A DNA stretch of 23,684 bases, from the UHGV virus genome UHGV-0175797; one strand, given 5' to 3'. Below the pieces are notes generated by a model. The model saw only the letters and a program-made list of their open reading frames with translations. It did not search any database and had not been told where the DNA came from. Of this stretch, positions 7,954-15,017 are shown piece after piece (position 1 is the first letter of the stretch; every line of letters begins with the position of its first letter). A program made the translations under genes and the position numbers. This DNA is from a virus.

Positions 7954-7966
7954 TGGAGCCACGATA

Positions 7967-8479
7967 ATGAATCGCGCTTCCCTGATTACCTTAATACATG
8001 TCGCAAAACGCGATCTACAGCTTGACCATGATACCTATACATCCGCGCTGCTGGCAGCCACCGGCAAATCCAGTTGCCGTGATATGTCACCCGGTGAGTT
8101 ATCCCGCGTGCTGGATGTTTTCAAAAAACGCGGTTTTAAAGTGCGTCAGAAGCCGGTTAACCGGGCCTTAAAACCGGGTACGGTGACCGCCAAAATTCGC
8201 GCCATCTGGAAAGTGATGCACCGGCAGGGATTTATCTCTGATGGCGGGGAAACGGCCCTTAACCGCTGGGTGAAATCGCAGACGGCCGCGCAGAACGACG
8301 GCGAAGGTGTGGCTAACTGGCAGTGGCTGGAGCAACAACCCGCGCTGGCCTCTGATGTGCTGGAGCGTCTCAAACGCTGGCACCGCCGCAAAATGCTGGC
8401 AGCCCTGGATATGTCGGAACGTGCAGTGATGAGTTATGAGCGTGTTTGCAGGCTGTATGAAAAATCATTCCCCCGTTAA
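7967..8479 (+). CDS. gemA: GemA-like regulatory protein (Mu gp16 / DUF1018 family)
   Basis: The N-terminal pattern LITLIHVAKRDLQLDHDTYTSALLAATGKSS...ELSRVLDVF matches the GemA family signature; position immediately before the Mor/C-family gene as in Mu. Confidence 0.65.
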   Translation: MNRASLITLIHVAKRDLQLDHDTYTSALLAATGKSSCRDMSPGELSRVLDVFKKRGFKVRQKPVNRALKPGTVTAKIRAIWKVMHRQGFISDGGETALNRWVKSQTAAQNDGEGVANWQWLEQQPALASDVLERLKRWHRRKMLAALDMSERAVMSYERVCRLYEKSFPR

Positions 8480-8483
8480 CCCC

Positions 8484-8515
8484 AAATCCCGCCACAGCGC
8501 GGGATTTTTATTTTA
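8484..8515 (+). terminator. rho-independent terminator-like hairpin (AAATCCCGC-cacagc-GCGGGATTT followed by TTATTTT)
   Basis: Perfect 9-bp stem plus T-tract immediately after the gemA-like stop and about 35 bp before the Mor/C-family start. Confidence 0.65.
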
Positions 8516-8549
8516 AACTTGCCCTGTGTAATGATGACCGGAGGCGGGT

Positions 8550-8972
8550 ATGGCTGAAACACAGATGAGCATGTTTGGTGACAGCGAACAGCTGCACGCG
8601 CTGATTGACCGTCTGGATGATATTCCTGATGATGAGCTGAAAAAGAACTGGCCCGGCACGCTGCGGGACCTGGTTGATGTGATCAGTGCTGAACTGCACC
8701 GTCAGGGGATTGAACCTGCTCAGGCGGGAATGCTTGCCCGTAAGGTTGCAGCCGCACAGGCCGGGTACATGGGCGGGCGTGGTTATTATCTCCCGGTCGG
8801 TGAATCCCTTTTCACCGAACTGCGCAATAATGAAATTTTTTCCCGCTGGAGCCAGGGCGAAAAAATTGAAACCCTGCGCCGCCACTACCAGATGTCAGAG
8901 ACGCAGATTTACTCCGTTATCCGCAACCAGCGTCGCCTGCATCAGGAGCGCACGCAGCCCCGGCTTTTCTGA
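8550..8972 (+). CDS. Mor/C-family transcriptional activator (middle/late gene activator), 140 aa
   Basis: Aligns by eye with Mu Mor across the family-conserved segments (FGD, L..L+D.L..EL.R.G+.PA.A, GG..YY+P.G..L, C-terminal HTH ...Y.+S...+Y.VIR..RRL). Length and position (after a terminator, directly before the lysis gene) are more like Mu C. GGAGG RBS. Confidence 0.75.
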   Translation: MAETQMSMFGDSEQLHALIDRLDDIPDDELKKNWPGTLRDLVDVISAELHRQGIEPAQAGMLARKVAAAQAGYMGGRGYYLPVGESLFTELRNNEIFSRWSQGEKIETLRRHYQMSETQIYSVIRNQRRLHQERTQPRLF

Positions 8973-9043
8973 TATTCCGCAAATCCTGCCCCCTTTTCCT
9001 CACGGTTACGCTGACTCAGAGAACACCATGAGACAGCGTAACA

Positions 9044-9544
9044 ATGCCAAAACTCCCCGCACCCCTGCGTAAAAAGCTGATTGCCCTTGTTCTGGCCGGA
9101 GCCGGGACGTTCACCATTGCCACGCACTACACCGGCTACTGGGAAGGGAAAGAAAACACCACGTACATTGATCCCACCGGCACCCCCACCATCTGTTACG
9201 GCCATACCGGCCCGGATGTGAAACCGGGGATGACAAAAACTGATGAAGAGTGTCTGGAGCTGCTGGAAAAGGACATGAAATGGGCCTTTGCGGCTATCGA
9301 TCGTCATGTTCAGGTGCCGCTTACCCGTGGTCAGACGGTGGCGCTGGCCTCCTGGATTTTCTGGGCCGGTGAAACGAACTTTCGCAACTCCACGCTCCTG
9401 CGCCTTATCAATGCCGGGCAGATGCCCGCGTCCTGTAAGCAGTATATCCGCTGGATTTATTCAAAGGGGGTAAAACTCCCCGGTCTTGAGGCCCGCCGTT
9501 CGGCGGATGAATGGTTATGTCGTTACGATTTGCCGAAAGTCTGA
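9044..9544 (+). CDS. SAR-endolysin (GH24 T4-lysozyme-like muramidase with N-terminal signal-anchor-release domain)
   Basis: Catalytic-triad-type motif YWEGKENTTYIDPTGTPTICYGHT (E...D...T) preceded by a weakly hydrophobic Gly/Ala-rich N-terminal segment LIALVLAGAGTFTIATHY after a basic patch (LRKK), as in the P1 Lyz and phage 21 R SAR endolysins. Confidence 0.85.
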   Translation: MPKLPAPLRKKLIALVLAGAGTFTIATHYTGYWEGKENTTYIDPTGTPTICYGHTGPDVKPGMTKTDEECLELLEKDMKWAFAAIDRHVQVPLTRGQTVALASWIFWAGETNFRNSTLLRLINAGQMPASCKQYIRWIYSKGVKLPGLEARRSADEWLCRYDLPKV

Positions 9545-9617
9545 ACCGCTTCTGGCGACCGCTCATGATTGCGCTGCTGTGTGCCGTTGTGCTGCTGCGG
9601 GGTGTGCTGTGTCTGCG

Positions 9618-10007
9618 GTGAACAATCCCTTACCGGCCCTGATTGCCGGAGGCTGTATGGCGGCGCTGGGGGTGATGAGCGTGCTGGCTGCCGTGGTATG
9701 GGGAATGCACCAGAAGACGCAGCGCCTTGAGGACAATAATCATGTGCTTGTGCGTGAACGGGACGAAGCCCGTCTGGTGCTGGCAAACCAGCAACGCACC
9801 CTGCAACTCATTTCACAAATCAGCAAGGCGGCCACGAATGAAAAACAGCAGAACATGCAGCACAGCGAGGAACAGCAGAGCATTGTCCGCCGGTCACTGG
9901 CAACGGTGCCTGCTGCCGCTGTGCCTGTGCCTGATGATGTGGCTGACCGGGTGCGGCGGGCCGTCTGTGAAATTCGTCCCTGTGCCGCCGGTGCCGATCC
10001 CCGCTGA
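9618..10007 (+). CDS. i-spanin (Rz-like): N-terminal transmembrane segment plus periplasmic coiled coil
   Basis: TM segment LPALIAGGCMAALGVMSVLAAVVWG followed by a charged helical region (QKTQRLEDNNHVLVRERDEARLVLANQQRTLQ). Track ORF 9486 starts inside the endolysin; GTG 9618 gives a full TM segment, ATG 9657 has the better RBS, so the start is uncertain. Confidence 0.6.
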   Translation: MNNPLPALIAGGCMAALGVMSVLAAVVWGMHQKTQRLEDNNHVLVRERDEARLVLANQQRTLQLISQISKAATNEKQQNMQHSEEQQSIVRRSLATVPAAAVPVPDDVADRVRRAVCEIRPCAAGADPR

Positions 10008-10290
10008 ATGGCTGGCTGACTGCCTGGTCCCTCCCGCGCCGCAGCCGTTCACGTTTGGTGCATCGGTCACTTACAACCTGCAACTGCTGGCGGTGATTAA
10101 AAACTGCAACGTGGACAAGGCCAGCATCCGCCGTCTGGAGACACAGCGACAGCAGGCACCGTTGCCATTAGCCGCGATGACTTTGAAGACGACAATCTTG
10201 GCATCTACTCCCCGTTGTTCCAGGAGATGGGGCGCGCTGCGGCGGCACAACCGGATGAACTGGTCTTTGCTGCACTGCGTGATGGTCTGA
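9838..10290 (+). CDS. o-spanin (Rz1-like lipoprotein) in the +1 frame overlapping the i-spanin; its 3' part reads out of frame into the major-head remnant
   Basis: Lipobox LTGC preceded by a hydrophobic core (CLLPLCLCLMMW) and followed by a Pro-rich mature region (VPVPPVPIPAEW...PPAPQPF). An alternative TTG start at 9883 gives a 23-aa signal peptide. The ORF has no stop until 10290, i.e. it runs across the proposed deletion junction. Confidence 0.45.
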   Translation: MKNSRTCSTARNSRALSAGHWQRCLLPLCLCLMMWLTGCGGPSVKFVPVPPVPIPAEWLADCLVPPAPQPFTFGASVTYNLQLLAVIKNCNVDKASIRRLETQRQQAPLPLAAMTLKTTILASTPRCSRRWGALRRHNRMNWSLLHCVMV

Positions 10291-10856
10291 ATGCGGCCTG
10301 CTATGACGGCCAGAACTTCTTTGATACCGAACACCCTGTTTACCCCAAAGTGGATGGCTCCGGTGATGCACAGATGGTCAGCAATATGTTTGTGGCAAAA
10401 ACCGGCTCTGTCGGTGCACAGGCGGATTACAGCGGCCCGGCCTGGTATCTGCTTGACTGCTCCCGCGCGGTAAAACCGCTGATTTATCAGGATCGCCGCA
10501 AGGCCGAACTGGTTGCCCAGACAAAAGTCGATGAAGGCCGTGCGTTTACTGATAACGAGTTTGTGTTCGGTGCTTCCGCCCGTCGCAATGTGGGCTACGG
10601 CTTCTGGCAGATGGCCTACATGATGCAGTCACCGCTGACGCTGGATGCGCTGTGGCACGGCTGGTCAGCCATGCGTGACTTTAAGGCTGACGGTGGCCGC
10701 AAACTCGGCATCAAACCCACCCATATTGTTGTCCCCACCTCGCTGGAAAAACAGGCGGTGCAGCTGCTGGAGCGCGAGCTGTTCGCGGACGGTAACACCA
10801 CCGTCTCTAACGAGATGAAGGGCAAGCTGGAGCTGGTTGTCGCGGATTATCTGTAA
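10101..10856 (+). pseudogene. 5'-truncated major head subunit remnant (Mu gpT family), C-terminal two-thirds only
   Basis: Frame 0 is open from the stop at 10098-10100. Similarity to the Mu-type major head protein begins around ...ISRDDFEDDNLGIYSPLFQEMGRAAAAQPDELVFAALRDGLNAACYDGQNFFDTEHPVYP and runs to the C-terminus. There is no ATG/GTG in frame before TTG 10215 / ATG 10227, and no N-terminal about 90 aa. Confidence 0.6.
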
Positions 10857-10899
10857 ACGGTGAGCCGGGCTTACGGCCCGGCCCCTGCGGAGGGCAAAT

Positions 10900-11253
10900 A
10901 TGAATGAACATCACACTGTGGCAGCAACAGATGATTCAGGCCTTCAGGTCAGTGGTGACAGTCCTGTCACGGTACTGGCAGAAGTGCGTTGCAGTCGTGC
11001 GCAGTTTCGTCGTGCGGGGTTCCTGTTCATGCGGGGACGCCAGCAGGTTGACGTCACCCCGGAGCAGCTTGCCCGACTGGAAGCGGAGCCATGCCTCACT
11101 GTACGAATACTACAGACGCCTGGTGATGATGCGGGAGCCGTGGCGGGTGTGGTTCATGCAGAGACCGGTGCAGATTTAGCCGAAGCCGGACAGGATGCTC
11201 CCCGGAAAAAGACCGGCAATAACGCCAGACAGGCGAAAAAGGCTCGCGCATGA
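10900..11253 (+). CDS. hypothetical virion-associated protein (position of Mu gp35)
   Basis: GGAGGG RBS before ATG 10900; the stop overlaps the next start (ATGA). Chosen over the alternative frame 10904..11179 because of coupling and RBS. Confidence 0.45.
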   Translation: MNEHHTVAATDDSGLQVSGDSPVTVLAEVRCSRAQFRRAGFLFMRGRQQVDVTPEQLARLEAEPCLTVRILQTPGDDAGAVAGVVHAETGADLAEAGQDAPRKKTGNNARQAKKARA

Positions 11254-11669
11254 ATTACGCCACCGAAACCGATATGCGGGCACGTTACCGCGAGGATTTG
11301 CTCAGGCCATTACTGGCCGTGCCCCGTTCGGATGAGCCGGACGCGCGCAAGCTGAACCGGGCACTGACGGACGCGTCTGCCCTTATCGACAGTTACCTGT
11401 CTGCCCGTTACACGCTGCCGCTGGCGGTGGTTCCGGCGGTCCTTGTTCAGCATTGCTGCACGATTGCCTTTTATTACCTGTGCGATCAGCGGGCATCCGA
11501 TCAGGCGCGTGACCGTTACCGTGAGGCGCTGGCCTGGCTGAAAGATGTCATGAACGGTAACGTGCCGGTCGGCGTGGATACAGACGGTGCGGCCCCTGAA
11601 TCCGGGGATTTACCGCAGGTGCAGTCTGATGCGGCGGTGTTCGGGCGCAACCAGAAGGGCTTTATATGA
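11250..11669 (+). CDS. Mu gp36-like protein (DUF1320 family, head-tail joining region)
   Basis: 139 aa; position and size match Mu gp36; coupled start and stop overlaps. Confidence 0.55.
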   Translation: MNYATETDMRARYREDLLRPLLAVPRSDEPDARKLNRALTDASALIDSYLSARYTLPLAVVPAVLVQHCCTIAFYYLCDQRASDQARDRYREALAWLKDVMNGNVPVGVDTDGAAPESGDLPQVQSDAAVFGRNQKGFI

Positions 11670-12229
11670 TTACGGAAACCGAGCAAGCGTACATCGCCCG
11701 TATCCGTGAGTATTTCGGGAATGAACTGGTGTCAGTTGACACGCATCCCGGCGACTGGAGCGACAGTGTGCTGCGCACCATGCTGATTAGCGCCCCGGCG
11801 ATCTACGTTGCCTGGCTGGGTGCCGGTGAAGGCCGTACCCGTGGGCGTCTGGTCAGCCACTGGGTGTTCTACGTCATCGGCGACATGCTCAATGGCCGTG
11901 AGGTCAGCCGTCCCGGGCTTTATCAGATTGTGGCCCGCCTGATTACCGTGCTGGACGGCTTCAGAACCGAAAAAACCTCACCGCTTTACTTTGAAAAGGC
12001 GGTCAACGGTTACACCGAAACGCAGGCCGACAGTGGCGCGGTGATGTATGCGCTTTATTTCTCCTGCGAGGAAATGATCGCACCGCTGACTGATATCAGC
12101 TCGCTGGATGATTTCCTGCGCCATTACGAAACCTTCACCGAACCGGAAGGCACACCGGAATTTAAGGCGCACATCAGCCTGCCAGGTGCAACCGCCGCCG
12201 GTGAAAAAGCCGGACCGTCAGAGGAATAA
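11666..12229 (+). CDS. Mu gp37-like virion morphogenesis protein
   Basis: 187 aa; synteny with Mu gp37; ATGA overlap with the upstream gene. Confidence 0.55.
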   Translation: MITETEQAYIARIREYFGNELVSVDTHPGDWSDSVLRTMLISAPAIYVAWLGAGEGRTRGRLVSHWVFYVIGDMLNGREVSRPGLYQIVARLITVLDGFRTEKTSPLYFEKAVNGYTETQADSGAVMYALYFSCEEMIAPLTDISSLDDFLRHYETFTEPEGTPEFKAHISLPGATAAGEKAGPSEE

Positions 12230-12232
12230 CAG

Positions 12233-12520
12233 ATGACAACCATTTTTATCAAACCCGCGCCGGGATGCCTGATCCGCGATCCGGACACCATGAAACCGCT
12301 GGCGCAGGAGGGAGAGGAAAAACCCTTCACCCCGTTCTGGTGCCGCCGTCTTAATGACGGGGACGTCATTGTGGTGGAAAAAGCGGCTGAAGCAGCACCG
12401 GCAGCAGCGTCTGCAACGACTGATGCCGCCGGAAAACCCGCGGGAGCGGCAGCAGAAAAACCTGCGACTGAAAAACCCGCGACTGAAAAACCCGCAGCAT
12501 CAGACAAGGGGACGTCCTGA
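12233..12520 (+). CDS. Mu gp38-like small protein with C-terminal Ala/Pro/Lys/Glu-rich repeat linker
   Basis: 95 aa; low-complexity C-terminus (KPATEKPATEKPA); its stop overlaps the sheath start (TGATG). Confidence 0.5.
   Translation: MTTIFIKPAPGCLIRDPDTMKPLAQEGEEKPFTPFWCRRLNDGDVIVVEKAAEAAPAAASATTDAAGKPAGAAAEKPATEKPATEKPAASDKGTS
12455..12499 (+). repeat. 15-bp tandem direct repeat (GAAAAACCYGCGACT, about 2.7 copies) encoding the (EKPAT)n linker
   Basis: Three consecutive near-identical 15-mers are directly visible in the sequence. Confidence 0.7.
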
Positions 12521-14022
12521 TGATTAACTTTGATTATATCGGCGATAACAATCGCATTCCGCTGGTACAGATTGAAATCAATAATTCAATGGCCGTGACC
12601 GGCACTCCACCACAGCGTCAGGCGGTACTGTTGTTTGGTCAGGCTGCAATGAAAGACACCACCATTCAGGGGCGCGGTCAGCTTGATGTACCAGTACGTA
12701 TTACCCGAGCTTCACAAGCAAGAGAACTCTGGGGGCGAGGTTCCATGATTGCACTGATGGTAGAGGAATTTATCGCCATTAACCCTGACACAGAGTTATA
12801 TGCCATTGCACAGGGGGCTGGAACAGGTCAGTCCAGGGCATGCGTGATGAATATCATTGGAACAGCATTGGCAGACGGGGTGTTAAGTGTTTACATCGGC
12901 GGTCGCCGTTACCTCCTGCCCGTCAGTAAGGGGAAAAAAGGTAAAGAGCTTGTGGAAGAGCTGGCTAAGGTCATTAACGCTGACACTGATGCGCCATTCA
13001 CTGCTATCGCAGCTGAAGTCAGTGGTGATAATGCTGAAGGACTTAAAGGGAGCATGGGGGTTAACGCCCGCTTTATCGGTGAATGCTCAGCTCATGATTT
13101 ACGGGTGAACTATTATGACGGTGAAACTACACCGGCCGGTCTTACGCTGGAGCTCGTCGCGCCAACACAGAAGGCAACAAACCCCGATATCACCCGTAGC
13201 GTCTCAGGGATGGGGAATCGTCAGTACAACTACATCGTCATGCCCTATAAGGATGCGGCAAATCTCAAAATTCTGGCGGATGAACTGCTGAAACGCTGGG
13301 GACCGGTAAAAATGTCGGACGGTATGGTCTGGATGGCGCATACCGGCACCTTCGGTACGGCAACCAGTTTTGGTGAATCCCGTAATGACTTCCTGTTTAC
13401 CTGCACTTCTATTCCTAAAGCACCAGAGCCGGATTATGTCTGGGCGGCCTCCATTTGTGCGGTCTGTGCGCCCTCCCTGTCAACGGATCCGGCCCGACCA
13501 TTACAGACACTGGCGCTGCCTGCCCGTATGGCACCTGAAGCACCGGCTCGTCTGACGCGGGAAGAGCGAAACAGCCTGCTTTATACCGGCATGTCCACGG
13601 TGACCGTTGCGGCCGCTGATGTGGTGCAGATTGAACGTCAGGTGACGATGTACCGTCAGAATGCATACGGCGAAAGCGATCCCAGCTATCTGGATGTAGA
13701 AACCATCTACACCCTGTCATATCTGCGTTATTCCCTGCGCACCTTTATCACGCAGCGTTTCCCGCGCCACAAACTGGCCGATAACGGTACTCCCGTCCGG
13801 CCCGGTCAGAATATCGTGACGCCGGAGATTATGACGCTCCAGCTGATTGCACTGGGGGAAGAATGGGTGGAACTCGGGCTGGTCGAAAATCTGGACACCT
13901 TTAAAAAGAATCTGCTCGTGGAGCGCAACACAAAAGACCGTAACCGTCTGGATGTGATGTGTACACCGGATCTGGTTAACCAGTTCCGCTTCATGGCCGC
14001 GCAGATCCGTTTCATTTTGTGA
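12520..14022 (+). CDS. contractile tail sheath protein (Mu gpL-like)
   Basis: 500 aa; the N-terminus (DYIGDNNRIPLVQIEINNS) is typical of myophage sheath proteins; followed by a tube gene as in Mu L-M. Confidence 0.85.
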   Translation: MINFDYIGDNNRIPLVQIEINNSMAVTGTPPQRQAVLLFGQAAMKDTTIQGRGQLDVPVRITRASQARELWGRGSMIALMVEEFIAINPDTELYAIAQGAGTGQSRACVMNIIGTALADGVLSVYIGGRRYLLPVSKGKKGKELVEELAKVINADTDAPFTAIAAEVSGDNAEGLKGSMGVNARFIGECSAHDLRVNYYDGETTPAGLTLELVAPTQKATNPDITRSVSGMGNRQYNYIVMPYKDAANLKILADELLKRWGPVKMSDGMVWMAHTGTFGTATSFGESRNDFLFTCTSIPKAPEPDYVWAASICAVCAPSLSTDPARPLQTLALPARMAPEAPARLTREERNSLLYTGMSTVTVAAADVVQIERQVTMYRQNAYGESDPSYLDVETIYTLSYLRYSLRTFITQRFPRHKLADNGTPVRPGQNIVTPEIMTLQLIALGEEWVELGLVENLDTFKKNLLVERNTKDRNRLDVMCTPDLVNQFRFMAAQIRFIL

Positions 14023-14030
14023 GGTAAGGC

Positions 14031-14396
14031 ATGAGCGGAAAACAGCATCAGGGCACGGCCACCATCCGTGTGAACGGACAGGAGTACGCCACCCTTGAGG
14101 GAGCCACGTTCTCCCCGTCCGGCTTTGAGCGTGAAGTGGTGAAAGGCGCGAAAGTCTATGGCTATCGTGAGAAACCCCGTGAGGCGACGCTGGACTGTAA
14201 ATTTCCGGCTGGCGGAGAAGGTTCACCGGCTGCCGATGAAATCAACACCTGGACTGCGGTCACGATTGAGTTCGTGGCCGATACCGGTGAAGTCCATATG
14301 ATGACGAAGGCCTGGAGCAGTGAACCGGCCTCGCTTGACGGTGGCGGTGATATCTCCGCGAAGTTCGCCAGCGCCACCAGTACCCGTGTCCAGTAA
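14031..14396 (+). CDS. tail tube protein (Mu gpM-like)
   Basis: 121 aa, immediately after the sheath; size and position are typical. Confidence 0.75.
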   Translation: MSGKQHQGTATIRVNGQEYATLEGATFSPSGFEREVVKGAKVYGYREKPREATLDCKFPAGGEGSPAADEINTWTAVTIEFVADTGEVHMMTKAWSSEPASLDGGGDISAKFASATSTRVQ

Positions 14397-14410
14397 TCAG
14401 GAAAAATGCA

Positions 14411-14890
14411 ATGACCACACGTAAGAAAAAAACGGCGGTTTCTGACGAGGCCGTGATGGAGGCTATCCGGGATGTACTTGAAGACGGCGATCCCCGCACC
14501 GCCGGGCTGGCTGAACAGCTGGCGAACGGCTATGTGGATCTGCTCGACGGTCTGCCGTTCGGGGAATCCCGTGAATACCGCGTCACCTTCCGCGAACTGA
14601 CGGCGAAAGACAGCATTGACGCGGAAACCGAGGCCGAGCGTCTTATGGAAACCCGAAATGGCGGCCCGGTTCTGATAGCCTCGCCGGCACTGCGCGGCAT
14701 TGCACTGCTGCGCCGTCAGATTGCCGCTGTTGGCCAGATTGAGGGGCCATTGTCTCCGCGTCAGATCGGACAGCTCAGCGAGCGCGATCTCTCCCGTCTG
14801 ATGGCGGCGGTAAGCCTGCTTGATTCCGCGATGGCAGGAAAGCTGGTCGCTGAACGGGGGCGACCAGATGCAGTGCCGGGATCAGATTGA
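14411..14890 (+). CDS. tail assembly chaperone (Mu gp41-like)
   Basis: 159 aa acidic protein directly upstream of the tape measure gene, with an overlapping alternative-frame ORF at its 3' end. Confidence 0.6.
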   Translation: MTTRKKKTAVSDEAVMEAIRDVLEDGDPRTAGLAEQLANGYVDLLDGLPFGESREYRVTFRELTAKDSIDAETEAERLMETRNGGPVLIASPALRGIALLRRQIAAVGQIEGPLSPRQIGQLSERDLSRLMAAVSLLDSAMAGKLVAERGRPDAVPGSD

Positions 14891-15014
14891 AGAAGCCGCA
14901 ATTGTGCTGGGGATGGTGACAAAAAGCGGCCCGGAGTGGGCGCTTAACCTCCCCTTATCGCAGCTTTACCGGCACTGCCGACAGACCGAAAAAATTCTCA
15001 GAACGAAGCAGTAA
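14820..15014 (+). CDS. possible frameshift extension of the tail chaperone (or an independent 48-aa ORF from ATG 14868)
   Basis: ORF in the +1 frame relative to the chaperone, overlapping its last 70 nt and ending 3 nt before the tape measure start. Confidence 0.3.
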   Translation: MIPRWQESWSLNGGDQMQCRDQIEEAAIVLGMVTKSGPEWALNLPLSQLYRHCRQTEKILRTKQ

Positions 15015-15017
15015 CCC

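Noticed and set aside
8686-9307. Overlapping + and minus ORFs (128 and 121 aa) across the Mor/C 3' end and the endolysin 5' region
   Set aside because: They conflict with two well-supported genes and have low-complexity Arg/Pro/Gly-rich translations typical of off-frame readings.
9486-9617. Track start of the i-spanin ORF at 9486, inside the endolysin gene
   Set aside because: It would add a 44-aa N-terminal extension overlapping the endolysin 3' end in another frame. The transmembrane segment and plausible starts (GTG 9618 or ATG 9657) lie downstream.
10864-10882. GC-rich hairpin (GCCGGGC-ttacg-GCCCGGC) after the major-head remnant
   Set aside because: No downstream T-tract, so not a convincing intrinsic terminator. 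It may be an RNA-stability or attenuating stem-loop but cannot be supported further from sequence alone.
10904-11179. Alternative-frame ORF (91 aa) overlapping the gp35-position gene
   Set aside because: Cys/Arg/Trp-rich odd composition and no coupling to neighbours, whereas frame 10900..11253 has an RBS and an ATGA overlap with the next gene.
12124-12507. Minus-strand ORF with GFSVAGFSVAGFS repeats
   Set aside because: Mirror image of the 15-bp tandem repeat within the + strand gp38-like gene, not an independent gene.
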